A DNA stretch of 64,000 nucleotides, taken from Lama glama (Eukaryota). The stretch lies in contig CM052817.1 in assembly GCA_028534125.1 (NCBI GenBank), positions 82,896,001 to 82,960,000 on the forward strand, in the 5' to 3' direction. Below the pieces are notes generated by a model. It was given only the letters and a program-made list of their open reading frames with translations. It had not been told where the DNA came from and did not search any database. Position 1 is the stretch's first letter. The number at the start of each line of letters is the position of its first letter. The position numbers were made by a program, and so were the translations under genes. Of the stretch, positions 25,025-37,478 are shown one piece after another.

Positions 25025-25590
25025 CTCCTCATTCACTCATCTAGGCACAGTTTATAGGCAGGAAATGCCTCAGTGAGTCAGATAAAACAGATTTCCTGGC
25101 CAATAGCTTAAATTTCAATGGGAGAGATAAAACAAGTACGCAAATACAACATCAGAAAGTGTGAAGTGCTGTGAACAAAGCAAAACACAACAAAACACAG
25201 AAAGTGATGGGGGAAGAAGTATTTTTGAGAGGGTGGACAAGGTACTCAGAAGAGATGACATATGAAGTACAACCCGGCCAGGGAAGGCCTACTTGAGAAA
25301 ACAGCATTCTCAACAGAGGTAAGAGTGAATGACAAAGGACCAAAGATGGGAATACACTTGATATGTTCCATGAATACCAGTGTGACTGAGTATCAGAAAG
25401 TAAATGTAGAGTAACAGATATAGTCAGCCCTTTCAGAGCATGGTAAGGAGGTTGATTTTAGGAAGTGCAATAGGAGTCATCTCAGGGTCAGGCAAGGAAA
25501 TGATATGATCTAACTTATGTTTTTAAAAGGTCTCTTTGGTGACCATCTGGAGAATGGATCATAGAGAATGGGTCACAGAAAAAGTAAAAA
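25025..25590 (-). mobile_element. L2a-like fragment (antisense)
   Basis: cattcactcatctaggcacag...cagcattctcaacagaggtaagag...catggtaaggaggttgatttta...gatatgatctaacttatgtttttaaaaggtctctttgg...ggagaatggat. Confidence 0.8.
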
Positions 25591-26299
25591 GATAAAATAC
25601 ATAAGCAGCACTCAAAGTCATGAACACAAACACTTTAGCAGCAGAACTTCCAGCCCATCTCTAATAAATATGATTAATTTTTGAGAAAATAATCATCTAG
25701 GAGTTTTGCTTGAGACCCAATAAAGAATCTGTTCAATTTTGACTTGTCAGCTTTGAGTGACATTGCCCTACATCAGTAGGATTTCCTATTACAATGAACT
25801 CCAGGGCTGTGACAATGTCATGGGGTTTTATTTACAATGAACTCCACCTACTGAGATCATGACTGCAGAGCTACACATAACTAGACATTTATTGGTCTTT
25901 AAATATCAACAGAATAATTCATTTCTATAGTGTTTTATGACATAGAACTCTAGGGCCCCACACAAGTACTTGTCTCTCATTTTAGCAAGCACAAAGTCCA
26001 CTTAATTCTTTTTTTTTTTTCTTTTGAGAAAAACATTTGCTCCATCCATAGACATGGTACTACCGCAAGTGGAGGTAGACTAGATCTCCTTCCAAAAAAA
26101 CATAAAGTGACACTCTGGGCACATGTCCCTGATTAATGAACCAAGTATTCTAAACTATTGCATTTTACATCCTCATATCTCCAATCATAAATACAATCAT
26201 TATCCTGTGGTTATATCTTTGGTCTTATCTTTTAAATTTGACAGAGTTTTCTGCTTCTCACCACTAAGACCTAGGTTACTAAGCTATAGTTATCACAGT

Positions 26300-26750
26300 T
26301 ATCAGTGAGAGTTCCTGGCAATTAGCAACAGAAAGTAACTGTGTTTATAAATGAAGCAGAAAAAAAAAAAAGAAAGAAAGAAAAAAAAGAACTTATGGGG
26401 AAAATACAGAAATAAAATAACAGGAACTTGGAGTATCAGAAGTAAAAACCATAGTAAAGGCCACACAACTGGAAGAGGCTGGTCTAACACGTTTGCTGCC
26501 ACCGGATACAATATGACCTCTACTCATTGCCATGTCCTTGTCTGAGCATGAAGTCCACATGGCTGAGCCTATGCTACTTGCACTCATGGGAACAGAGAGA
26601 ACATCAGGGCACCTTTGCTTCTATGCAAGGAGTGTTCATTACCACTCACCAAGGCTATATCCAATATAGTTCACCTGAAGAGAGAACAAAATACTAATAG
26701 AAATAAAGGAGAGATAGGATGGTGTACAACCAAAATTTAACAAATTCAGA
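26300..26750 (-). mobile_element. ancient MaLR LTR (MLT1K-O-like), degenerate
   Basis: tatcagtgagagttcctggcaattagcaacagaaagtaactgtg...aagcagaaaa start, with cacatggctgagcct internally. Confidence 0.45.
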
Positions 26751-27061
26751 TATTAGTTTATATGTTAGTTTATTCAACAGATATTTATTGAACCATTTGA
26801 TGACAGTGTTCTAATTACAGAGAACAGTTCTGAGAAACATTAAGAGATATTGAAATAGAGTAGGGAAGAAAAGTAGGAGGGTAAATATTTGTTGGACTTT
26901 GTAAGCCTGTAAGCCTTGGTAAAGAGCTTGCATTTTATTCTCAGTGCTATTGTGATTTTTTAATGAGAGTAATAATATCAATTAAAGTTTTTAAAAACCA
27001 TTATGACTGCCAAGGAGAGAATAGAATACAAGTGGATCAAAAGCGGAAGTCGAAAGCCTCT

Positions 27062-27590
27062 TAAGGTTCTTGGCCACAAGCATCAGAAATATACCTGGAC
27101 TAACTTACATAGGAAAGGAACTATTTGGAAAAATATCAAGTAACCCACAAAATCATCTAGAAGCCTAGAGCATCAGATATAGAAGCCAAACAGGAATCAA
27201 GAAAGGGTAGACAGTAGGAAATAGCTAACTGAAGATAAAAGTATAATTCTGTGGGATGCTCTCCCAAATGCCATTGCCACTGGTTACTCAACAATGCATG
27301 TGCTAAACTCTCAGAATTTCTGTTGGATTCCAGATGCCTCCATGTAAACATTTCCCCAATTCTTCCTGCCTCTGTGCAGCATTCTCTTCAAACTCAAACT
27401 CCTGAGTGCTATCCACCCTAGGTATGAACTTTGTCATACGTCCAACTCAAGCTTCTAAAATGTAGGACAGAAAGAAGCTACCCACTTTGGTTTCTATAGT
27501 GACCTCAACCAATTCTCACACAGTAGAAAATTCCCTGGGACTAAGCAGGGATTTTAAGAGGCAGCATTTCTCTAGATAAATGTCCATGGA
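27062..27590 (-). mobile_element. ancient MaLR LTR (MLT1N/O-like)
   Basis: aggttcttggccacaagcatcagaaatatacctggactaacttacataggaaaggaactatttggaaaaatatc...cacaaaatc. Confidence 0.5.
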
Positions 27591-27654
27591 AGGAAGCTAG
27601 TATTAGAGTTTTAGTGCAACATGAAGGGGTCTTGGACCTGGACTTGGAAGACAA

Positions 27655-27874
27655 TATAATGAAATGGTTGAGTGCAGGCTATGGAAGGTGACTGTCAAAC
27701 CCCTTCCCTGACACTCACTCTGTGTGTAATATTCTCTAGATTATCATTTCAAAAGAAATAACAGTGGCTACTAAGAATTATAGAAGGATTGTAATAATTA
27801 ATTCATAAATATTCTTAGTACTGGGAGTACTGGGCTTGGTGCTTATAATAAGCACATTATAAGTTTAGCCATCA
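27655..27874 (+). mobile_element. MIR SINE
   Basis: aatggttgagtgcaggctatgga...tagaaggattgtaataattaattcataaatattcttagtac...taagcacattataagtttagc. Confidence 0.6.
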
Positions 27875-29984
27875 ATTTTTAGAGTGGTATTAGTAAGTAT
27901 GGAAAGACATAGTGAGTGGAATGAAAAATATTGGAAAGAGAATTGATAGGAATTGCTGATTAGCTGACATGAGAGGAAGGGAAGAGGATCACAGTTGACC
28001 TCTGAATTATGGTTTGACAAGTATGTGGATTGTAGTACATTTACTGAAATAAGACAAATCTCCATTCCGCCAGTTTTCTGAGTTAGATCCACCCACCCCG
28101 GCATGCCCATGAATTATTTTGTATAAAACCCCCTCTTGGTTCTACGTAGCTCTAGGGACACTCTAACACATTACCCAGTCTTGACAGCAGTTTCACACCT
28201 GTCCCCATGCAAAACTACTGATTTTATATTTGTTCATCTAGAATATCCATCTAGTATCAGTATCTATACCAATTACTCAGAAATTATTGGAATTTAAGGA
28301 ATTTTCCAAAGAGTTCTATATTTAAGTGACTACCATCGAGCTCTTTCCAAAATATAATGGGATTAACTGATGGTGGACAGATGTAATCTAATACAGTCTA
28401 TCTCAAGCTTTGACTCTTCCTGACTTTTGCTATATAATGTCACATATTCACAGGTTCCATTAATTAGGGTATGGACATCTTTGGGAGACCATTCTACCTT
28501 TTGTGCCTTCTAAAAATCAGTATAAATGAAACATTATTAGACAAACCAAAAATTATCCTACTAAGATTTCAGAATATTCCTTTAGTCTCTGTACTAATAA
28601 GAGAGTTCCATATGCAAGGTAATATACATCTGTGTAGTTTATCCAATTCTGTCTTCAATATCACATCCCTTCTTTGTAAAAACATTTAATTAGGGAGGAA
28701 TAAAATTCTCAAAACTAAAAAGAAACTGTAAATTGAACGACTTCATCATGGGAGAAAAACAAGAATCAAAATTCACCAGAAGAACCTTTCTTAGACTTTT
28801 ATTCTAAACAAATATGTCATAAATATAGAAAAAAACTAGGCCACCCAGGGAAAGTTAAGAAAAATTAATATGTGATCAACAAAAAATAGCTGACTGACAA
28901 AGAATTATTTTTAATGAGATGTGTAGTCTAAACAAAGATAAATATTATAAAATCTTTAAAATTTAGACTAGAAAATATTTGATTAAAATTTCAGAAAAGT
29001 GTCTCTCTTTCTCTTTCCTTTGGCTTTCAAAAGAAGACTTTTTCTACAACACATATCTGCCAAATGAAAACAGGAAAAGTGATGGAAATAGCCCAAATTT
29101 CCCCAACCTTCATGATAGGGAATGGGGCTGATAAAAGTTACTGTAAAAACAACACTAATCCAGAAAAGCCAAAGCTAAACAGGACTCTCTTTTATTTTCT
29201 TTTCTGATTTAATATCTCATGAAAACTTGCACAGAACAAAATTTTGGCATCTATTGGCATGAGGACATTTTGTGAAAAACCATATTCTTCTACTGAAATG
29301 GTAAAGGAAATATTGGAGTATCATTAATTATATCAAAGCAATATTTTACTCCAAAACAGAAAAGAAAGTTCTTATAAAGGCAATATTAGAATAGAAGCCA
29401 AACGAATTATAGTATGCTTTGAAGTATAAAACCTGCAGCAAAGAACCTACACGACCTTGCTGGAGACACTTTCAAGTACAAAGCTGCACTGTGAATAAAT
29501 TAAACTTTGTTTTGTGGATGTGTGGGTGGGTGTGTCTGCGTGTGTAGAGAGCATGAAGGAATAGAAAGTTCTGCACACAGTCGTCTCAGTTCATGCTCTG
29601 TTACTAAGGAAGGAACTAAGTGACCCCACTATAAAAATTTGCTCCTACTTTTGCTATCAATAGGTGAGCACAAAAAGAATATTATCTATTAACAAACTCA
29701 AATTCTAGAATGAACGTGGCAGCATTGGAATGTTGTTCAGAAGGCAGAACCTTGTTCACCACCTTAAACAAAGACCTAGTCAAAAAAATTTGTAGAACAA
29801 CAATGTGAGAAAACTTACCTATCAAGAATAACCCTGACGTTTTTTAGTCATTTTACTCTCCTTATAGTGAAATATAACTTCCCGCATCAAACATTCGCAT
29901 GTTTCACATAAACGCACTTGCTGATGTCAGAGCTTGGTGTGCCCCTCCCCTAACTGGGTACAGCTGACTCCTTGTCTTTTAAGA

Positions 29985-30374
29985 AATGATCCAATGTTCC
30001 AGGAGAAGAAAGAGGCAAATTCAGAGTAACTGGTGAGACTGTAATGAGGCGTTTAATTACAAAGCTGTAGACAGGGCAAAGAAGACAAAAATTGGGGCTA
30101 GCAAAAGTGTGAAAGCCACCACCCCAAAGTCTGAAGGGGCAAAGGGAGAGTAGCAGCTACTGAACCTAGGGAATCTTAGCTTAGCTGTGGGTCTGAGAAA
30201 GCCACGGCCTTAAGTAGAGGAGCAGAGCATCTGCCAACCCATGAGGCAAACCCAGCTGGAAACCTGAGAGAGAGGGAGCCTGGCTGGTGAGGTCACTACT
30301 CCAAGAGACCAGGGCAGGATGGAGAAAATGGAGAGTAGACAGGGGAGAGGAAGGCAAGCGGAATATTCAGCACG
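29985..30374 (-). mobile_element. LTR33-like ERVL solo LTR
   Basis: ctgaaggggcaaagggagagtagcagctactgaacc...agggcaggatggagaaaatggagagtagac...gcaagcggaatattcagcac. Confidence 0.7.
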
Positions 30375-31337
30375 TTCAGGGTCCCTCTCAACGTCTCTTA
30401 TTCTCACCTCCTCAAATGCACTATCTTGAGCCGCTAACGAAATTAATAACACACTCACAGTTTATCATGCCAACCATTAGAACCGATCGCAAGCCAGCAG
30501 GGTTTTTGATGTATTCTACATATTACCAGAAGCATCTGGCTTTTTGTTTTAACTTTAATTTCTAGACAGTCCTGAAGAAGCATTTAAACATTATAATCAT
30601 TACAACAGACAGCAGAGTTTTCGCACTGATAAGACTAAAACACTTTGACATTGAGAAATGTAACAATGGGTTTTTATATAAGTTACCTGTTAGAGCTTTA
30701 GTGCCCCTAACATGATGAGGGTCAAAGTGAGCATTTGCCCTGAAAAAAACAGCTGTTCTCAGTGTCAGCCACATGGTAAGAATATGCAGAAATCACTGCC
30801 ATGGGCTGCTCTAGATGGCCATGCCATTCTCTGTGCTTAATGGAATTGTTGCTAGTCTCCTCAGTCCACAGAAATCTGAGTGAGATGGGGGTGAATGCCC
30901 TTCTTTCCCCAGCAGGACTCCTCTAATTTTCTGTCCTGAGAATTGCCACTCAGGCCCGCATAAGTTAGCTGACACCTGCAGTGAAGACTGTGGATTCAGC
31001 CATAACCACTGAGGGTTCTAGATGAATGTTCTTGCAGACAGAGACTGTCTGGGTTTAGGCACTGTTTCCAGGCCTAAGCAGTGGCAACAAAGCAATGCCT
31101 GAAATGGAGCTCATAAGGCATGGCTGTTCTGGAAGCTAGCAGTTGTCTCTACAAGCATCAAAGAGAAGATGAGAGCTCCTCTCCTGTAGCAGGTAAACTA
31201 GATCATGGACTTCAGTTTTGAATGCAACCTCCAAATTCTAAGGAAATTTGTTATGGGGAGGAAAGGGGGAAAAACCCTGGACTTCCTTCTCATGGAAATA
31301 GACAAGACTTTAGAAGTGCAGAAATTTGCAGTCTAAC

Positions 31338-31715
31338 TTAAAATGAGGGGTCTGATTCCATTTTTTAATGTTTGAGTGCTGACAGCTTTTAAGCCTTACC
31401 AATCCCTACTCCCCCTGTGCCCTACATCCAGCAAGTTGGTAGGAAAGCCTGGCTTCTCCCTCCTTTAGTGCCCGAGGGAGATATAAACCATGCAAGCCCA
31501 TACCAATCACGGGAACTGTCACTCCAGCCCCCCCACCACACAGCACCACAGTTAAAACCGAGGCCTGGCTCCTCTCCTCCTCCTCTTGCCTACAAGCCTC
31601 AACTTTGTAAGAAATAAACTTTTTTAGATGCTCTTCATATGTGTGATGTGTCATCATCAGTCTCAACATGATTTGGGGCGGGAGTCTCCCCTGCTTTTGT
31701 AGGGTGACCATAACA
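31338..31715 (+). mobile_element. ERVL solo LTR (MER74/MER73/MER54 group)
   Basis: ggtctgattccattttttaatgtttgagtgctgacagcttttaagcc...aaataaac...catcatcagtctcaacat...gggtgaccataaca. Same group as 8101-8503. Confidence 0.82.
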
Positions 31716-33586
31716 TCATGGAAATCTGCCCCTCTTGTCTACTTCCAACTAGTGAAAAAGTCATACCCATTCCCGGCAATCCTCAGTCATCTCATTTTCC
31801 TAATAAGTGTAACAATTTTCATCCCATTCAAATTCCTAATGCAGCCTACTTTCCATTTCTTGCCAGTTCCTCAAACACCTTAAACTCTAGTCAGTTATTA
31901 CCAGTTGCAACCACAGTCTTCCTGTGTGAAGAGTGGTCACTGCCAAATCTAAAAAAAAATTTTAATTTTTAAAAAAAATGAAGTGAGGAAAATGAAGTCA
32001 ATGTGTCCAAAGTCAGTGGATTTGCTTCAATGTGTAGTTGCAGCAATAGTGGGATGTGAAGTTCTACTCAGGGAATTTACACATACAAGTATCTTCCCAG
32101 CATTCTCTGCTCCAGTTCCACCCATTCTAACTTGTCACTTCTTTCAAGATGTCTGTTTTGATTTAACTGGAAATTGCTTCAGACTTTACTGTACCCAGTG
32201 ATTTTACGTAATTCATCTGTTAGTACCAGTTTGGATACGTTAAGCGTGATGTTAAAAATGAAAATTAAGAATATTACATTTACTCAAATAAAAAGATGAC
32301 TTACTATAGTGATTTATACAAGATAATTCTACTCACTGAAATTTTTTTTCAGTGTAACTATAATTTATTTCAAAATTATCTGAAGATTCAACCACTTTTA
32401 TAGAAAATAGTAATTTTTTAAATGAAAGGAAATGCAGAAACAAATTTTGTTGCTGATTTTCTTCTTTCAGTGATTTTGAAAAAAAAATTGAGTCAAAGTC
32501 CACAATATTAGATAAATAAAATTTATCTAATTTGGGACATTCGATGTATTGGGACAAGTGCGTAAAATAGAGGGGAAAGAAGGAATGGTGGTTATGATGT
32601 CATTTAATCCTTTTAAGTGAAAAGTGACTTTTTAAAGGATGACTATGTCAAACAGCAAATACAGTAAGCTACACACAAACCTCCTGATTTCTCACCTCAT
32701 CATTCTCAGCATAATAAGCCTTCATTTCAGATTTCTTTTAGGTACCAACATTACCAGTTCATTTGGCTCTCCCCCATGGCCCTTATCTGACCCAAAAAGC
32801 CCTTAAGCACTTAAGACTCAAAAACAGCATGCATTTCTGCAGCGAGCCAGATCAGCCTACAGCCAGTAATAGGTTGTTAAGATTTAACAAGGAAAAGTAA
32901 GGGACCCATTAGAAGGTTAAAATGGCTTGGCTGGGAAGGGAGAGGGTGGAGATGGAATCCAGAGTTTAAAGAGACTGAAAATAGTCATGTTAAAACTCAT
33001 TTTAACAATCATGTTTAAAAATAGACTTCATTAAAATGCTTAATAAAGCATACTGCAGAAGCAAAAATAAAAAATCCAAAATCCTTAATTGCATATTGTA
33101 AAAGTGAAACTGATAGAAGATTATTTTACATCACCTGGTGAGTGCATAGTCCCCAGGATTCAGGTGTCTGTGTGGAAATCTGTGTGTATATTCATAGGAA
33201 ATAACTGGCTGTTCATGCCACAGGGATAGAGCATTTAAATAATGTGTAAAAATTTCCATGATGAAGATTGCCAGTGCCATCTCATCTGCCTCTTTTTAAA
33301 AGTGGAGGTAAATGTATAGTTTTGGAGGAACATGAAAAATAAAACTCAAGGAAGTTAAATCAAAAAGTTCCATGTATATTTCATGCTAAGTTAAACCAAG
33401 TTAAACTGCTTGTATTAGTTTTCTTCAATATATTTTTTCTTATAGATGTTCTTGATCTGAGCATTAATTTTCAATGTATTTTTGCACTATTTAATCCATA
33501 AATTATAAAATTAATATGCCTTAGTGACAACTTTAAAGATGTTGGGAACATACTACACCTCTCTGCAGTCTGAAGTATATAGAGCA

Positions 33587-33735
33587 ATTTTCTTACTGAG
33601 GTTAAATTTACTAGAGTGAAATTGACCCATTTCAGAGTACGGTTCTGTAAATTTTGACAAATGCATGTAGTCATGCAACCAGGACCACGATCGAGATATA
33701 AGACGGTTCTATCACTCTGCAAACTTCCCTGTATG
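33587..33735 (-). mobile_element. L1MD/ME 3' end fragment
   Basis: tactgaggttaaatttactagagtgaaattgacccatttcagagtacggttctgtaaattttgacaaatgcatgtagtcatgcaacc. Confidence 0.8.
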
Positions 33736-34585
33736 TACAGCAATTTAATAATTGCTACTTTTTAAAAGCCTGATCCACGATGAAAAAATCCAATATCTTC
33801 CTTTGTTTGCTTTGGCTCTGATTAATAGAGGACATTCAATTATAGGATTATTAGACATAAAATCAAATATATTGGATGACTCAACTTTTCCTTCAGAGTA
33901 GGGGACATGTATTATGCATATCTCTCTCCCTCTCACACTCTCTCACTCCATCACTCCCTCTATTTTAAACACTCCCCCAACCAAAATATATACCCTTCTC
34001 TACTTCTGTCCAAATAAATCAGGGATGTTATATTTTTATTTTTGTTGTTCTTTGCTTTATACAGCCACCCTTCTGATTTGTATTAGCAAGAAAGAAACTC
34101 TCTCCAAAACGACATTACCTCACATGAAAGAATGTAGCACTACATTGGTTTTTCAAGACTGAATAAAGCATGTTTAGGCTAAATGTGGACATCAGCATTT
34201 TTAAAACCCAAATCTGATGCATCTGGCACTCTTTATTGTCTTAGAGGTTTCATCAGTGGATGCTTAAAATCTTTCTCCTGGCAGCAAAAGTCTCCAGTGA
34301 GGTTTTTATATGATTTGCTAAGAAATGCCTGGTTTCAGAAGTCATTCTTTTCAATCCCCAGAGAAGTAGGGCTGCTAGCCTAACTCTGCCCTTGAGCTAC
34401 CTGCTAGATGGCTTTGGAAAATCTTCTTATACAGAAGCACCGTCTAAGTTTAAAAAGATAGTTTGAAAACCTGTTTTTACTTTCTGCATGGTCAGAGTTC
34501 AAACTTCAGGTTTGTTAGTCAATAACTGTCTTTTGTTAAAATTAAGGATGGGGAAAGAAAGTTAGAGACCCCTTTTTGGTATTAC

Positions 34586-34980
34586 CTTTACCATAATTAG
34601 CCGTAGGGTGACCGCAAAGCTAGTCTTCACATCCGCATCATCCCTAGTGCAAGGTGCTTCTCGCGAGTTGATGAAGAGCTAATGCAGGGAAATTTACAGC
34701 GGAGCAAACACAGAACAGAAGCTTCATGAAGCTCTGCGCCATTGCTCGGGATGCACAGATTTTGAAAAGGACCATGAAACGGGACTGGCCATTCGGGTGG
34801 TTTGATCCATATCCATGTCCTACACCCTATCCATTTTTACACAGAGTGTGTATATAAAAACCAGAATCATTTACGCTGATTCCTTCTAATACCTTCTTGT
34901 TGTGAGCGCCAACTCATTTTGCAGTAACTCAGGCACTGGTCTTCCTACTCTCATACTCCACAAAATGCGAAGTTCAGCTG
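34586..34980. promoter_or_regulatory. CpG-retaining unique block, candidate promoter/enhancer or exon
   Basis: About 10 CpGs in 34600-34800 against a strongly depleted background. TCTCGCGAG at ~34659-34667 and TATATAAAA at 34851. Confidence 0.35.
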
Positions 34981-35138
34981 GCTTGTTTCCTTTTAATTTC
35001 TCAGCTCTACTCAGATATTCTTGGACAGAATCTCAATCATTTTAGCCTCTACGAAGAGTTCATAAAGCTTCAAGCATTCTTCACCCTTCCTAGAATCAAA
35101 GTAATACTCATGGAATACTCCCTTTAGAAACTTTATAC

Positions 35139-35312
35139 CAGTGGTTCTCAAAATTGAGTGTGTGTCAGAAATATCCAGTGAGCTTATTAAAACACAGGCC
35201 CCATCTGAGAGTTTCTGATTTAGTTTGTCTGGGGTGGCCCAAGATTTTGCATTTCTGGAAATTCTTGGGTGATGTTGTTGCAGCTGAGCCAGGCATAATT
35301 TAAGAATCATTG
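35139..35312 (+). mobile_element. MER5A (hAT-Charlie) MITE
   Basis: cagtggttctcaaaattgagtgtgtgtcagaa...gagtttctgatttagt...ttgcatttct...agaatcattg. 8-bp TSD ctttatac / atttatac. Confidence 0.9.
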
Positions 35313-35475
35313 ATTTATACGTTCCTTCCTGATAATTGATTACACCAATTAGTGAAGTAAGGAAAGCCATTTTTGCTTTGTAATTTGTTTTCTTTCCTCC
35401 AACACTGAATGATCATTCACTGTTCAATACAACTGCCTCCTTACAAGTTTCTACTTGTCACTGATACAATTCAGG

Positions 35476-35943
35476 TATATCAGATTTTTTTGTTGACATT
35501 CAGCTTTTACATCCATCCTTCTAAGTTCTCTCCTAGGTGGTAGAGCCTTAAAAAACACAGACATTTTACAGATTCACTTGCCAGCAGGTTTGTTTAGACT
35601 TAGCCAATGCGATGTGATTTTAAAAGCAAAAGATAAAGAAACACCAATATTTTCCATGGCTACTGCGAAAAGTCATGTGGGCACGGAAGATAGCAGTTGC
35701 GGGGTTTTGCACTCGGTTTGAGGAGTCTTCCCACATGCACTTTGGTGCTGGGAGTAGCCCACTCTATTAGTGGCGGCCTTCTGTGACCCTTGTGCTTCCA
35801 AAGACATGGATGGTGGTCTTCCTAACTTTTGCTCCCCCAGGACTCCTCAGGTTGGGTATGTTGCTGCTAATTTCATTTTAAACTTATTCCTACTGGAATA
35901 TCTAGGTGGCTGCTGCTTTACTGAGCACAACCAGAGTGAAACA
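35476..35943 (+). mobile_element. LTR41/LTR33-group ERVL LTR
   Basis: tatatcagatttttttgttg...acattttacagattcacttgccagcagg...gccaatgcgatg...ggaatatctaggtggctgctgctttactg...tgaaaca. Confidence 0.6.
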
Positions 35944-36969
35944 GTAGAAGGTACTATATCTAGGGGGAAGGTGAAATGGTAAGAGAGTGAGTCCCTGTCA
36001 AGGCTTTATTATCCCCTTTCACAACAGCAGAGAATAGAAAGCAATGACATTTCACCATTTTCCCTCTCCACAAAAGAAAGATCAGACTCATCCCAGTGAC
36101 TAAATTCCTTTGTAAATATACCCTTGAAGAACGGCTTCAAGTTCAACCCCCAGAATTGAGGATTAGTATAATCTGAGTGTCTTGGAAACCAAAAGTTATG
36201 TTTATTATTTTTGTGTATATGAAATGTATCTTTTCAAGTGACTGAAAAAAAAAGGATTTGTGCTGTAACAGTATTTTTAGGTAAAAAATTAAAAAAAAAA
36301 AAAACCAAAAAGCAAGACTCTTCTGTAGTTAAACCAGTTGGGGAAAATGCTTAGAACTCTTTCTTAGAGAGTTTCCTTGTATGTCAGCATACTAAAATCT
36401 TGGAAAATTCTTTCAGTACTTATGCTAGACCATTTACCCAATCTAGAGCCCCCAAAGAATCCTTCTTTCATATACTACCCACTATCACTCCTCAGACATA
36501 TTGCTCAACAAAGAGCCCTGTGGAAAATTTTAGTCCTTACAAAAAAAGTGTTGCTAGGGTTGACAGGGAGGATGGGACAATAAAGGAAGGCCCCTAACTA
36601 ATCAAAAGGAATTCTGAAGACTTACGGATTAAGATCCTTAACAACAAAGATGTGATAATTATGTGAAAACTATCAGAGCTCAGTTCTATTTATTAATAAA
36701 TTCTAACAGATAGTAGGGAAAAGTTTTATTATAATTCTTTAAAATTTTATTATTTATTTCCTCATGTTGCCCTCAGGATAAATTGTTAAAATATCTACAA
36801 GAGGCCCTGTGCTAATTTTATGATCAGAAGTATGAGGATGAAACTAGATTCTATCCCACAATGAAATGAGGTGGGGAGATTCAAAGGGAAATAATCAGGA
36901 TTTTCCATGGGAAGAAAAGCAGGGAGTTCAATACTTGAGACACAATAAGGGAAGAAATGATATAGCCAA

Positions 36970-37478
36970 CACCAACTAAAAACTGGGACTTGCCACCTGC
37001 CTCTACAAGGATTGAATCACATTGGCACCTGCCATCTACCTCTGCTTGGATTAAATCATGAGCTGCTGTAGACATTGACCTCCAACACTCCCTGTAAGGA
37101 GTTCAGAGTGGAGATCAGGAAAGAGGCATTCTGTGCTCTGGGAAAACTGGCAGAACAGGCCCTCAGATGTTTGATATTTTCAGGAGAAGATTTTATGTGC
37201 CCAAATTCTTGAGTCTCCTCATACCTAGAAAGGCACTAAAATCATTAACAGTGACGTCTGCTCTTCGTGACTAGCAGCAAGCCTCTGCCTAAATGTGTGC
37301 TTGACTGTATGAAACTCTCCTTCACTAAAATTATATATAATACTGAGTTCCCCCTGCCTCTTTGGAGCAGTTCCTCAGAGCTTTCTAAGATGCTGTCTCC
37401 AGGGCTATAGTCCTCATTCTGCCCCAAATAAAACTTAATCCACAACTCTCACGTTGTGTGATTTTATCTCAGTCAATA
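36970..37478 (+). mobile_element. ERV1-class solo LTR, likely cetartiodactyl-lineage
   Basis: ggagttcagagtggagatcagga...tatataa (37334-37340)...tttggagcagttcctcagagct...gggctatagtcctcatt...AATAAA (37427-37432)...ctcagtcaata: U3-R-U5 order. Confidence 0.8.

Larger units (their letters stand above)
26765..28060 (-). mobile_element. L2 (antisense) interrupted by a MaLR LTR and a MIR
   Basis: tattcaacagatatttattgaac...ggtaaagagcttgcattttattctcagtgc. It resumes near 27590 and 27880 (gaggaagggaagaggatcacagttgacctctgaatt...tacatttactgaaataag). Confidence 0.6.
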
